This document shows, in pieces, positions 31,767 through 42,042 of a DNA stretch of 64,000 nucleotides; position 1 is the stretch's first letter, and every line of letters starts with the position of its first letter. The notes beneath the pieces are model-generated. The model saw nothing but the letters and a program-made list of their open reading frames with translations. It had not been told where the DNA came from and did no database searches. Both the position numbers and the translations under genes were made by a program. This stretch comes from an uncultured Alphaproteobacteria bacterium (GTDB lineage Bacteria > Pseudomonadota > Alphaproteobacteria > Methylaequorales > Methylaequoraceae), in NCBI GenBank assembly GCA_902595755.1, contig CACJRF010000006.1, positions 5,911 to 69,910 on the forward strand, given 5' to 3'.

Positions 31767-33246
31767 TTTTTTTTAGTATCTTAACATTTCCAGCAAGAAT
31801 TTTTCCATTTTTAATATTATTTCTAATAATCTTAAAAGATACAATTTGCCCAAATTTATAATTTAAACTTTCATCATTATTGTTAAATTTACTAAATCTA
31901 GCAAGAGCAGAAAAGGGGAGTTCTATTGCCTTTATAAATATACCAAAACTTTCAATTCCATCCACCATACCAGTAAAGAATTTTCTATTATTATTTTTAA
32001 TATAAATACTACATAGTCTATCGTTAATTTTTCTTTCTAACTCATCACTCTTTTTTTCTTGAATAGTCAAATGATCCGTTAGTTCTTTGTTATTAGTATT
32101 TAATTTTTTATTAAAGATTATTTCAATAAGATCTCTATGTACTAATAAATCTGAATACCTTCTAATTGGTGAAGTAAAATGTGTATAATGATTTAAACCA
32201 AGACCGAAGTGACCAATACTTTTTATATCATAATATGCTTTTGATTGTGCTCTTAGCATTAATTCACTAATAAAAGATGTTCTATTAGAAAATGTTTTTT
32301 TTAAATAATAATTAAAATCTTCTTGAGCTTTAAAATTCTTAATTTCTTTAATATTCGTAAGTTTTAATGATTTTTTCAACTCTTTAATTTTTTCATCTTT
32401 GGGCTTTTCATGATTTCTATAAGCTGATTTCACACCATTAGAATTAAGATGGGTTGCTACAACATTATTAGCTAGAACCATGAATTCTTCAATTAGTCTA
32501 TTTGACTTATAATTTTCTTTTTCTTCAAACTTAAACTCTTTATCATTCGTGAAATTTACTTCATATTCTTTTACTTTGAATTCTATTTTTCCTCTTCTTT
32601 CTGATATTTTCTTTAGAGTTTCAAGAGCTTTAAAAAGATTATCAACTAATTTAGATATTTCATTTTTACTATTATTCTTATGAATTTCATCAACTTCTTT
32701 ATAAGTAAGCCTAGCCTTAGAAAGAATTTTTGCTCTATGAAATTTATATTTAATTACTTTTGTATTCTGAAGAATTATTTCACAAACTAGAGAAGCCCGA
32801 ATTTGATTTGGTATAAGTGAACAAATATTATTTGAAAGGATTTCAGGAAGCATTGGTATAACTCTATCTGGAAAGTAAAATGAATTTCCTCTTTTCCGAG
32901 CTTCTACATCGATTGGATCTCCCTTTTTTACAAAGAAACTTACATCTGCTATTGCAACAAGTATTTTAATTTTTTCGTTATTTACTTCAGCGTATACGGC
33001 ATCATCAAAATCTTTACTGTTTTCACCATCAACTGTAACAAAGGGGATATGAGTAAGATCTTTATGACTTTTATAATCTATTTTGTCAAACCTTTGACTA
33101 TAAGATTGTATTCCTTTTGAAAAACCTTGCCTTATTGAGTTGCCCTTAATTTCAGAATCAATAATATTGGAAATGTTGATATCTTTATTTTCTTTTTTCT
33201 TTTTTCTTTGAAATCTTTTCATCAATAATCTTAAGTGCTTCTTCAA
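31759..33246 (-). CDS. rnr: RNase R/II family exoribonuclease, N-terminally shortened; start uncertain
   Basis: TVDGENSKDFDDAV, RGNSFYFPDRVIPMLP, IEEFM, HFGLGL, YTHFTSPIRRYSDL. Confidence 0.85.
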   Translation of the reverse strand: MKKHLRLLMKRFQRKKKKENKDINISNIIDSEIKGNSIRQGFSKGIQSYSQRFDKIDYKSHKDLTHIPFVTVDGENSKDFDDAVYAEVNNEKIKILVAIADVSFFVKKGDPIDVEARKRGNSFYFPDRVIPMLPEILSNNICSLIPNQIRASLVCEIILQNTKVIKYKFHRAKILSKARLTYKEVDEIHKNNSKNEISKLVDNLFKALETLKKISERRGKIEFKVKEYEVNFTNDKEFKFEEKENYKSNRLIEEFMVLANNVVATHLNSNGVKSAYRNHEKPKDEKIKELKKSLKLTNIKEIKNFKAQEDFNYYLKKTFSNRTSFISELMLRAQSKAYYDIKSIGHFGLGLNHYTHFTSPIRRYSDLLVHRDLIEIIFNKKLNTNNKELTDHLTIQEKKSDELERKINDRLCSIYIKNNNRKFFTGMVDGIESFGIFIKAIELPFSALARFSKFNNNDESLNYKFGQIVSFKIIRNNIKNGKILAGNVKILKKNE

Positions 33247-35644
33247 GTGATATTTTTTTTTCTTTCATATCATCTTTAATAGAAAAATTTTTCTTGTTAT
33301 ATGATAGGTAATCTGGTCTTCCCTTGATTCCCCTTTTTTGAACTATTTTTTTTTTGGTTGAAGGGTGTTCACCAATAACGATGTCTTGTTTTGATTTGAT
33401 ATTTTTATCAATTAATTCAACAGCCCGATTGATTCCTATCTCTGTTACATCATCTTCTTTCAAGGATACATATTTATTGTCATGCTTTAAATAAGGTCCA
33501 TATGGACCAATTGATGCAGTAATAAGTTTCTTGCTCTCGGGATGCTCACCAATTTTTCTTGGAAGCGATAATAATTTGACTGATTTATCAATATCAATTT
33601 CTTCATTCTTCATTTTTTTAGGTATACTAGTCCTTTTGGCTTTCCCATCATCTAATAAAGTTTCTAAATACCTACCATAACGCCCAACTTTAAGAAATAT
33701 TTTTTGTTTTGTTTCATTGTTAATTCCTATAAATTTTCCATCTCCTGACAACTCTTTATTCTCATCATTTTCACCCAAAGCATAACTGTAAGTGCATCCA
33801 TTACCATCTTTACTATAATTTGTGCAACCAATAAATGGACCACTAAAGGCAAATTTAATAGTTAGCTTACCATCTTTACATTTTCTACAGTCTTTTTCTT
33901 TTAGAATCTCAGAACTATTTTCATTTATTTTATCAATCACTTGAGTGATACTTTGTTTTTCAACTTGATCTACAGTTTGATTTAATATTTCTAAAAATTT
34001 ATTTAAGGTACTTTTCCAGTTAAGTTTTGACTCAGTAATAAGATCTAATTGCTCTTCAAGATCTGCAGTGAAGCCATAGTCAACAAACTTGTCAAAGAAT
34101 CCATCAAGAAACTTTACAAGAATCTTACCCTTTCCAGTTGGTATTAAAGATTTATTCTTAATATTAATATATAAATTTTTTTCTAACTTAGTGAAAATTG
34201 AAACATAGGTAGATGGTCTACCTATTCCTAATTCCTCAAGTTTTTTAATTAAACCTGCTTCTGAATATCTGTTAGGAGGTTTAGTGAAATTTTGTTTTAT
34301 ATCAAGTTTCTTCACTTCAAGTTTTTCATTTTTTTCAAGATTTGGTAAAGTTTGTGAATCATCTTTACCATCTGAGAAATTATAAATTTTTTTAAATCCA
34401 TCGAAGGTTTTAATTGAACCAGAAGCCTTAAGAATGAACTCTTCACTCTTTAGGTAATAAAGTGTTTCCAAACTTTTACTTGGTTTCATTTGCGAAGCAA
34501 TTGTTCTTTTCCATATTAGATCATAAAGCTTATATTGATCCGGAGATAATTTATCTTTAATATCTTCAGGTTTTCTTTTAAGTTGGGTGGGTGTAACAGC
34601 TTCATGCCCTTGCTGTACGAACTTAGACTTTTCTTTATATATAATTTCTTTTTCTGAAACATAGTTTTTCCCAATAGAACTTGAAATCAACTCTCTTAAC
34701 TTTAATACCTCACTTTTTTTCATCCTATTAGAGTCTGTTCTGTGGTACGTAATTAGTGCTCCTAATCCGCCTAATCCATCGCCGTCTTTAAGTTGTTGTG
34801 CAAGAGCATTAGTGTATTTAGGGCTAAAACCTAGTTTTGATGACGCATCCTGTAATAACAGTGAATTGGAGTATGGAGAGTATGGTTGTCTTTGTTTTTC
34901 TCTTTTAACAATATTATCTACAAGAAATTTAGAATTAGAAATTTTTTCTTTCAACTTTTCAGCTTGAACTTTGTTTTCTAGTGAAAGTTTATCAAATTTT
35001 TTATTTAATATAGAGACCAAATCACAGGAAATATTGTTATTTTGTTTGTCATTTAAAGTTATATCAAGTTCCCAGTATTCTTTTTCAATAAATAAATCAA
35101 TTTCTTTTTCTTTCTCACATAAAATTTTTAGGGTTGGAGATTGTACTCTTCCAGCTGAATTTCCGAATATGGTTCTTCTTTTTGTAATAGGAGAAATCTT
35201 ATAACCAAAAAAACGATCCAAAAACCTTCTTGTAATCGCTGCATTTACTAAATTTTGATTTATTTCTCTGGGGTGTTTTATTGCACTAATAATATCTTCT
35301 TTTCTTATAGCTGAAAATTCAATACGTTTAAAGCTTCTGTTGTCGGTGAGTTTCTTCTCTTTGCATATCTCAATTAAATGCCACGCTATAAGTTCTCCTT
35401 CTCTATCTGGATCTAAAGCTAGGAAAATTTCGTCAGATTTTTTGATTGTTTTAATAATTGGGTCAATCTTTTTGTTATCAACTTCCCACTTTTTTACAGA
35501 AAAATCTTCATTTTCTTCAATTCCTATACCCTTTTCAGGTAAATCTCTGAAATGGCCAATACTTGCAAGAACTTCAAATTCGTCATCTAAATAACCTTTG
35601 ATTGTTTTTGCCTTAGCTGGTGATTCAACTACTAGAAGTTTCAT
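33185..35644 (-). CDS. topA: DNA topoisomerase I
   Basis: VVESPAKAKTI, DPDREGE, SAGRVQS, ITYHRTDS, HEA, GIGRPSTY; one zinc ribbon plus C-terminal repeats. Confidence 0.97.
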   Translation of the reverse strand: MKLLVVESPAKAKTIKGYLDDEFEVLASIGHFRDLPEKGIGIEENEDFSVKKWEVDNKKIDPIIKTIKKSDEIFLALDPDREGELIAWHLIEICKEKKLTDNRSFKRIEFSAIRKEDIISAIKHPREINQNLVNAAITRRFLDRFFGYKISPITKRRTIFGNSAGRVQSPTLKILCEKEKEIDLFIEKEYWELDITLNDKQNNNISCDLVSILNKKFDKLSLENKVQAEKLKEKISNSKFLVDNIVKREKQRQPYSPYSNSLLLQDASSKLGFSPKYTNALAQQLKDGDGLGGLGALITYHRTDSNRMKKSEVLKLRELISSSIGKNYVSEKEIIYKEKSKFVQQGHEAVTPTQLKRKPEDIKDKLSPDQYKLYDLIWKRTIASQMKPSKSLETLYYLKSEEFILKASGSIKTFDGFKKIYNFSDGKDDSQTLPNLEKNEKLEVKKLDIKQNFTKPPNRYSEAGLIKKLEELGIGRPSTYVSIFTKLEKNLYINIKNKSLIPTGKGKILVKFLDGFFDKFVDYGFTADLEEQLDLITESKLNWKSTLNKFLEILNQTVDQVEKQSITQVIDKINENSSEILKEKDCRKCKDGKLTIKFAFSGPFIGCTNYSKDGNGCTYSYALGENDENKELSGDGKFIGINNETKQKIFLKVGRYGRYLETLLDDGKAKRTSIPKKMKNEEIDIDKSVKLLSLPRKIGEHPESKKLITASIGPYGPYLKHDNKYVSLKEDDVTEIGINRAVELIDKNIKSKQDIVIGEHPSTKKKIVQKRGIKGRPDYLSYNKKNFSIKDDMKEKKISLEEALKIIDEKISKKKEKRK

Positions 35645-35687
35645 AATTAATGAGATTAACTATATTGATAAATATAAAAAGTCAAAA

Positions 35688-36281
35688 TTATTTTACTTTT
35701 TTTAATATTATTTTTGTTTCTTTTCCACGAATAAGTCTTTTTATATTATTGAAATGTTTAAATATTACTAATATTAACATTACAAACATTACTGGAACTA
35801 ATTTGTCTCCTTCAATCAACATAAATAAGAATGTGAAAATACAAGCAACTAAAGCTGCTAGAGAAGAATATCTTGTTAAAATCGCTACTATTATCCAAGT
35901 AAGGAGAAATAATAAAGCAAAACTAATTTTATAGGCCAAGATTGCTCCGATTAAAACAGCTATACCTTTTCCACCTTTAAATTTTATCCAAAATGGAAAA
36001 AGGTGACCAATAAAAACTGAAATTATGGCTATTTCTAAATTTAATGAATTTGATAAGCTGATAACTTTTATTGGGATGAAAGCCTTTAAAATATCAAAAA
36101 ATAATGTTAAGAACCCAAGTTTTACCCCGCTTACTCTAAGTATATTAGTTGCCCCAATATTTTTAGATCCTAAAGATCTGGGGTCATCCTTTTTAAGAAT
36201 TTTTGATATTACCAAACCAAATGGAATTGATCCAAAAAGATAGCATATTAAAATTAGATATAGTTCAGGATTTATAGACAA
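35688..36281 (-). CDS. plsY: Glycerol-3-phosphate acyltransferase PlsY
   Basis: YLFGSIPFG, GSKNIGATN, GHLFP, FKGGKGIA. Confidence 0.96.
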   Translation of the reverse strand: MSINPELYLILICYLFGSIPFGLVISKILKKDDPRSLGSKNIGATNILRVSGVKLGFLTLFFDILKAFIPIKVISLSNSLNLEIAIISVFIGHLFPFWIKFKGGKGIAVLIGAILAYKISFALLFLLTWIIVAILTRYSSLAALVACIFTFLFMLIEGDKLVPVMFVMLILVIFKHFNNIKRLIRGKETKIILKKVK

Positions 36282-37581
36282 GCTTACCTCTTACGAAAGT
36301 CATAATATTTTTTCCCTCTAAAAGCATTCCATCAAATGGAGAATTTTTAGATTTTGAGTAAAAAGACTCTGATGAAACTTTCCATGATTTATCAGGATCA
36401 AATATAGAAATATCAGCTTCAGAACCTTCCTCAATAATACCTGAACCTAAACCCAAGATTTTGGAAGGATTTATCGATATTAACGATATGGCAGAACAAA
36501 TATCTAATAATTTATTTTTTACTAGAGAAAGTGTGCATGGTAAAAGAGTTTCTAATCCAATTCCACCAAACTCTGCTTGATTAAAAGGAAGTCTCTTAGC
36601 ATCTTGATCATGAGGTGTATGATCGGATACAATTGAATCTATTGTCCCATCTTTTAATCCTTTAATAATCTCTTGACGGTCTTCCTCGGTCTTTAGAGGA
36701 GGGGAGAGTTTTAAGAATGTTCTGTAATTTTCAAGGGAAAATTCATTAAGCATGAAATAAGGTGGAGCTGTATCACATGTTATATTTAATCCTTCTTTTT
36801 TGGCCTTTCTGATTACCTCAACAGTATCTTTTGAAGATATATGACTGACATGATATCTACATCCGGTATCTCTAACTAACCAAAGATCTCTTTCCACAAT
36901 CATTGCTTCAGCATAACTTGGGATACCAACTAAACCTAACCTTGTTGAGAATTCTCCTTCATTGACCACACCCTCTTCACTTAAATCGGGTTCCTCAGCA
37001 TGTTGAATTATTAATCCATCAAATGATTTTACGTAGTTCAATGCACGTTTCATTACTCTTACATTTGCTATACTTTTATATCCATCTGTAAAACCTAGAG
37101 CACCAGACTCTTTCATAAGTTGTAATTCACATATTTCTTTTCCAATTGCTCCTCTTGTAATACATCCTGTACAATAAAACTTGCTTAAAGCAACTTCTCT
37201 TGCTTTTCTTTGTATACTTTGGATGATTGCTGGTTGATCAATTGGTGGTGATGTGTTGGGCATACAAATCAAGGATGTAATACCTCCACTTGCTGCCGAC
37301 ATTGATACACTTTTAACTGTTTCTTTATGTTCAGATCCAGGCTCACCAATATTTACTCGCATATCAACTAGGCCTGGTGCTATCATCAATCCGCTACAGT
37401 CAATAACCTCTACATCTTTTGAAGTAATATTAATTCCTGTTTTAATCTGTTTGATTTTTTTATTCTCTAAAAGCAAGTCCTTATCTTCGATTTTCTTTTC
37501 TTTAAGATTTATAAACTTGCCATTTTTTAAAAGATAACTAATGGATTTTTTTTTGTTATTAAAAGGATTTTTAAGATTCAT
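36265..37581 (-). CDS. pyrC: Dihydroorotase / PyrC-like subunit
   Basis: APGLVDM, GGITS, MPNTSP, PPLKT, SDHTPH, SKNSPF. The first metal motif reads DMRVN rather than DxHxH, so this may be an inactive PyrC' ATCase partner. Confidence 0.88.
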   Translation of the reverse strand: MNLKNPFNNKKKSISYLLKNGKFINLKEKKIEDKDLLLENKKIKQIKTGINITSKDVEVIDCSGLMIAPGLVDMRVNIGEPGSEHKETVKSVSMSAASGGITSLICMPNTSPPIDQPAIIQSIQRKAREVALSKFYCTGCITRGAIGKEICELQLMKESGALGFTDGYKSIANVRVMKRALNYVKSFDGLIIQHAEEPDLSEEGVVNEGEFSTRLGLVGIPSYAEAMIVERDLWLVRDTGCRYHVSHISSKDTVEVIRKAKKEGLNITCDTAPPYFMLNEFSLENYRTFLKLSPPLKTEEDRQEIIKGLKDGTIDSIVSDHTPHDQDAKRLPFNQAEFGGIGLETLLPCTLSLVKNKLLDICSAISLISINPSKILGLGSGIIEEGSEADISIFDPDKSWKVSSESFYSKSKNSPFDGMLLEGKNIMTFVRGKLVYKS

Positions 37582-38536
37582 TTTGTAGTTCTTTATTTTC
37601 AGTTAAAGCCTTTAAACAAGCCATTCTAACGGCAACACCCATCCTCACTTGTTCAAATATTGCAGATCTATCTAAATCGTCAGCGAGCTCTGAATCTATT
37701 TCAACTCCTCTATTCATAGGTCCAGGATGTAAAATTAATGCGTCAGATTGAGCATAGTTAAGTTTATCACGGTCCAGTCCATAAAATCTAAAATATTCAC
37801 GAATTGACGGAACAAAAGAACCTGACATCCTTTCAAGCTGAAGTCTCAACATTATTATTATATCTACATCCTTTAATCCATTTTTCATATCATAAAAAAC
37901 TTTTACTCCCAAAGACTCAATATTTTTTGGGATTAATGTTGCAGGTGCGATTACTCTTACTTCTGCTCCTAGTGTGTTCAGTAAGTGAATATTTGATCGC
38001 GCTACCCTGCTATGCATAATATCTCCGCAGATTGCAACTTTAAGACCTGCAATTGTTTTTTTTCTATTTAGTATTGTTAGAGCATCTAGTAAAGCTTGAG
38101 TAGGATGTTCATGAGGACCATCTCCTGCATTAATTACTCCACAATTTACCTTCTCAGATAAGAGTTTTACTGCACCTGCATCATAATGCCTAACGACAAT
38201 AATATCTGGTTGCATTGCATTTAGCGTCATAGCAGTATCAATCATTGTCTCCCCTTTTTTTATAGAGCTTGCACCAACCGCAATATTCAATATATCAGCA
38301 CTTAATTTTTTGCCTGCTAGTTCGAATGATGTCCTAGTCCTTGTTGAATTCTCAAAAAAAAGATTTATACAAATTTTATTTTTTAAATAATCAAATTTTT
38401 TTTTTTTATCTTCTTTAAGATGATTTACAAAATTATGGGAAAGATTTAACAGATAATTGATTTCATTTGGAAGAAGTCCCTCAGTACCAAGCAAGTGTTC
38501 GTGAGGATAGATTTTTAGCGAACAGTCCTCTTTCAT
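37571..38536 (-). CDS. pyrB: Aspartate carbamoyltransferase catalytic subunit
   Basis: [42 protein letters not shown]. Confidence 0.98.
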   Translation of the reverse strand: MKEDCSLKIYPHEHLLGTEGLLPNEINYLLNLSHNFVNHLKEDKKKKFDYLKNKICINLFFENSTRTRTSFELAGKKLSADILNIAVGASSIKKGETMIDTAMTLNAMQPDIIVVRHYDAGAVKLLSEKVNCGVINAGDGPHEHPTQALLDALTILNRKKTIAGLKVAICGDIMHSRVARSNIHLLNTLGAEVRVIAPATLIPKNIESLGVKVFYDMKNGLKDVDIIIMLRLQLERMSGSFVPSIREYFRFYGLDRDKLNYAQSDALILHPGPMNRGVEIDSELADDLDRSAIFEQVRMGVAVRMACLKALTENKELQNES

Positions 38537-38581
38537 TATTGAGGATAATATAATGAAAAAAAAAAATGATCAATAAGCTTG

Positions 38582-39805
38582 TCAAATAATCTTTTTATCT
38601 TTTAATCTGTTAACTTCATTTTTGGATAACTTTAAAAATTTTGTCAGTATCTTTTCAGTATCCTGACCGAGAGTAGGGGGGCTTTTTTTATATTTTACTT
38701 TACTTGTGGAAAACTTAATTGGGTTCCCAATGAGATCAATGAACTTCTTCGACTTTTTATGCTTCATTTTAATTTTCATATTACGTGAATTTACTTGGGG
38801 ATCTTCGAAAACCTGTTTAATATTATTTATAGGTCCACATGGAACATTAAGTTTATTTAACCCTAAAACCCATTCATCTATTTTTTTTTCTTTTAGGACC
38901 TTTAAAATAATTTTATTAAGGCTTCCTCTGTTTTTTACCCTCAATGAATTTGTAGAATATTTGGGATTATTAAATAATTTAGGAATTTTCGCAAATTTAC
39001 AAAAATCTCTGAATTGTCGATCATTAGCAATAGCAAGAACCATAAGTCCATCTTTAGCCGTCACTGTTTGATAAGGAACAATAGAAGGGTGGTCGTTACC
39101 AATTCTCTTTGGGATTTCTTTTGAAATCAGATAACTTTGTGCAACGTAGCTTAGCCAAGAGACTTGAGAGTCCATTAAAGATAGATCAATATGTTGTCCT
39201 TTTGAAGTTTTATCTCTAAATCTTAGTGCAGCCAATATAGCATTTGATGCGTAAAGACCAGTTATTATATCTGATACACCAACACCTATTTTCGTTGGGT
39301 TCCCTTTTTTTTCGCCTGTAATACTCATTATTCCTCCCATAGCTTGTACTAAATAATCATAACCACCTCTTTTTGAGTAAGGACCATTTTGTCCAAAGCC
39401 TGTAATTGAACAATAAATTATCTTTGGATTTTTCTGTTTAACATTTGCATAGTCTAATCCATATTGTTTAAGATTTCCTGCTCTAAAGTTCTCAACAATT
39501 ACGTCACATTTTTTTATCAATTTAAAGGCTAAATCCTGACCATCTTTTTTTGTCAGATCAATAGTAACAGAATGTTTATTTCTATTAACACTTAAAAAAT
39601 ATGCACTTTCTTTTGGTTTTCTAGCATTTCTATCAAGGTAGGGTGGTCCAAGATTTCTTGAATCATCTCCAGATTCTGGCCTTTCTATTTTAATTATATT
39701 AGCTCCAAGATCACCCAATAGTTGTGTCGAAGTTGGTCCAGCTAAAACTCTTGTCAAATCGAGGATATTTATCCCTTCAAGAGGTTGATTAATTTTCTTT
39801 TTCAT
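38582..39805 (-). CDS. CaiB/BaiF family III CoA-transferase
   Basis: LDLTRVLAGP, DLGANIIKIE, NRNKHS, ENFRAG, ITGFGQNGP, PTLGQDT. Confidence 0.93.
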   Translation of the reverse strand: MKKKINQPLEGINILDLTRVLAGPTSTQLLGDLGANIIKIERPESGDDSRNLGPPYLDRNARKPKESAYFLSVNRNKHSVTIDLTKKDGQDLAFKLIKKCDVIVENFRAGNLKQYGLDYANVKQKNPKIIYCSITGFGQNGPYSKRGGYDYLVQAMGGIMSITGEKKGNPTKIGVGVSDIITGLYASNAILAALRFRDKTSKGQHIDLSLMDSQVSWLSYVAQSYLISKEIPKRIGNDHPSIVPYQTVTAKDGLMVLAIANDRQFRDFCKFAKIPKLFNNPKYSTNSLRVKNRGSLNKIILKVLKEKKIDEWVLGLNKLNVPCGPINNIKQVFEDPQVNSRNMKIKMKHKKSKKFIDLIGNPIKFSTSKVKYKKSPPTLGQDTEKILTKFLKLSKNEVNRLKDKKII

Positions 39806-40259
39806 CTAAAAGTGTGTACTCTCTAATAAAGTCATCTAAAAAAATTTTTGCTGCAAATTTATCAATTTTTTTACCCTTATAAAAATCACGAACTAAAGTT
39901 TCAGCCTCAAAACTAGAAAAATTTTCATCCCAAAAAAAAATTGGTAGATTTATTTTATTCTCAATTAAATATAAATCCATATTTTTAGAAATATCTACTA
40001 TAAACTGAGAAATTTTATTTAGAGATTTATCGTTGTTTAAAGGTAACCCAACTAAAATTGCACCTACGTTATATTCAAAAATGATTTTTTTAATATTTTC
40101 ATGAAAAAGTTTATTTCTTAATATATTTTTTATTGGTGTTGTAATTGTATGTTTGGTATTTGAGATCGCTAATCCTACTTTTTTTTTTCCCAAATCAACT
40201 GAGAGTATTTTTTTATTATTAATAATATTTATGAACTCTTTTATATTGCGAATTATCAT
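39789..40259 (-). CDS. ruvX: YqgF/RuvX family nuclease
   Basis: SVDLGKKKVGLAIS, VGLP, WDENFSS, IDKFAA. Confidence 0.88.
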   Translation of the reverse strand: MIIRNIKEFINIINNKKILSVDLGKKKVGLAISNTKHTITTPIKNILRNKLFHENIKKIIFEYNVGAILVGLPLNNDKSLNKISQFIVDISKNMDLYLIENKINLPIFFWDENFSSFEAETLVRDFYKGKKIDKFAAKIFLDDFIREYTLLDEKEN

Positions 40260-40303
40260 TTGCAGTGTTATTTATAATTACTTATATCTTTTATTTAAGC
40301 AAA

Positions 40304-40591
40304 ATGTCTATTGATAATTCTACAGTAAAAAAAGTTGCCAAGCTGGCAAGGCTCAAAGTTGATGCTAAAGAAGAGCAGAATTTAAAGAATGAACTAAATA
40401 ATATTCTTGAATGGGTGGATAAACTTCAAAAAGTTGATACTGAAAATATAGATCCAATGCTATCAGTTTCTAATGAACCTATGTCAATGAGAGAAGACAT
40501 GGTGACGTCAAAACTTGATAATAAGCAAATACTATCAAATGCTCCTGAAAAAAAAGCTGGATTTTTTGTTGTTCCAAAGGTTGTTGAGTGA
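40304..40591 (+). CDS. gatC: Asp/Glu-tRNA amidotransferase subunit C
   Basis: ATG at 40304 gives MSIDNSTVKKVAKLARL...NAP...FFVVPKVVE. Confidence 0.95.
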   Translation: MSIDNSTVKKVAKLARLKVDAKEEQNLKNELNNILEWVDKLQKVDTENIDPMLSVSNEPMSMREDMVTSKLDNKQILSNAPEKKAGFFVVPKVVE

Positions 40592-42042
40592 CGGATTTCT
40601 CAAAATTAAATATTACCTCAGCATTACTAGGTCTCAAAAATAAAGATTTTAAGTCGGTTGAGTTAACAGAATATTTTATAAATCAAATAAATAAAAAAGA
40701 AAACTTGAATTGCTTTATAACAAAAACTTTTGACAAAGCTATAGATATGGCTAAAAAATCTGACGAAAAAATTATAAAAAACAGAGAACTAGGATCATTA
40801 GAGGGCATTCCAATAACAATGAAAGACCTTTTTTGTACCAAAGATATTAGAACTACAGCAGGTTCAAAAATTTTAGATTCATTTATCCCATTTTATGAAT
40901 CAACAGTCTCTCAAAATCTATGGAATTCAGGAGCTGTTCTCTTGGGTAAAACGAATATGGATGAGTTTGCTATGGGTTCTGCTAATACTACTAGTTTTTT
41001 TGGTAATGTTATAAATCCATTAAAATCAAAAAATAACGACAAAGATTTAGTTCCCGGCGGATCCTCTGGTGGGTCTGCATCCTCTGTAGCTGCTGGACTT
41101 TGTTTGGCTGCAACAGGGTCGGATACAGGAGGTTCCATCAGACAACCAGCTTCATTTTGTGGTCTTGTTGGTCTAAAACCAACATATGGACGTTGTTCTA
41201 GGTTTGGAATGGTAGCTTTTGCATCCTCACTAGATCAAGCAGGTCCAATTACTTTAACGGTTGAGGATTCTGCGAGGATGCTTCAGTCAATGGTTAGTTA
41301 TGATTCTAAAGATTCTACGAGCTCCAAAAAAGAGATAGAAAACTTATTAGATTATAAAAAATCTGATTTAAAAGGTAAAAGAGTTGGAGTTCCAAAAGAA
41401 TATTTACTTGACGGACTGAATCCAGAAATAAAAAAAGCATGGGATTTAGGAATAAGTTGGTTTAAATCTGTGGGTTCAGAAATTATTGAAATTTCTTTAC
41501 CAAACACAGAGTCAGCTCTTCCTACATATTATATAATTGCTCCTGCAGAAGCATCAGCAAATTTAGCTAGGTATGATGGAATAAGGTATGGTTTTAGAGC
41601 AGAAGAAAAATCAGACCTTACTCGATTGTATGAAGAAACTAGAGCACAGGGTTTTGGCAAAGAAGTAAAAAGAAGGTTAATGATTGGCACATACGTTTTA
41701 TCAGCTGGATATTATGACGCTTATTATCTTAAAGCTCTTAAAGTACGAAAATTAATTTCAGATGATTTTTCAAAGGCATTTGAGAGATGTGATATTATTC
41801 TTACACCAACAACCCCTAACGTCGCCTTTCCTATAGGTGAAAAACAGACTGATCCCATAGAAATGTATTTAAATGACGTGTTGACCGTTCCTGCAAGCTT
41901 AGCAGGGTTACCTGCTATCTCTATTTCAGCTTGTTTAAATTCAGATAGTTTACCGATAGGCTTGCAAATTATTGGCAAGCCATTTGAAGAGTCCTCAATA
42001 CTAAGCGCTGCTAGTTTAATTGAAGACTTAAGAGGTTTTTGA
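40588..42042 (+). CDS. gatA: Asp/Glu-tRNA amidotransferase subunit A
   Basis: KTNMDEFAMGS, PGGSSGGS, SDTGGSIRQPA. Confidence 0.98.
   Translation: MTDFSKLNITSALLGLKNKDFKSVELTEYFINQINKKENLNCFITKTFDKAIDMAKKSDEKIIKNRELGSLEGIPITMKDLFCTKDIRTTAGSKILDSFIPFYESTVSQNLWNSGAVLLGKTNMDEFAMGSANTTSFFGNVINPLKSKNNDKDLVPGGSSGGSASSVAAGLCLAATGSDTGGSIRQPASFCGLVGLKPTYGRCSRFGMVAFASSLDQAGPITLTVEDSARMLQSMVSYDSKDSTSSKKEIENLLDYKKSDLKGKRVGVPKEYLLDGLNPEIKKAWDLGISWFKSVGSEIIEISLPNTESALPTYYIIAPAEASANLARYDGIRYGFRAEEKSDLTRLYEETRAQGFGKEVKRRLMIGTYVLSAGYYDAYYLKALKVRKLISDDFSKAFERCDIILTPTTPNVAFPIGEKQTDPIEMYLNDVLTVPASLAGLPAISISACLNSDSLPIGLQIIGKPFEESSILSAASLIEDLRGF

Noticed and set aside
33185-33246. Programmed frameshift fusing TopA to RNase R at the A-rich junction
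   Set aside because: rnr is in the +1 frame, the A_AAA_AAG heptamer is not in the topA reading frame, no stimulatory structure is seen, and A-runs are ubiquitous here.
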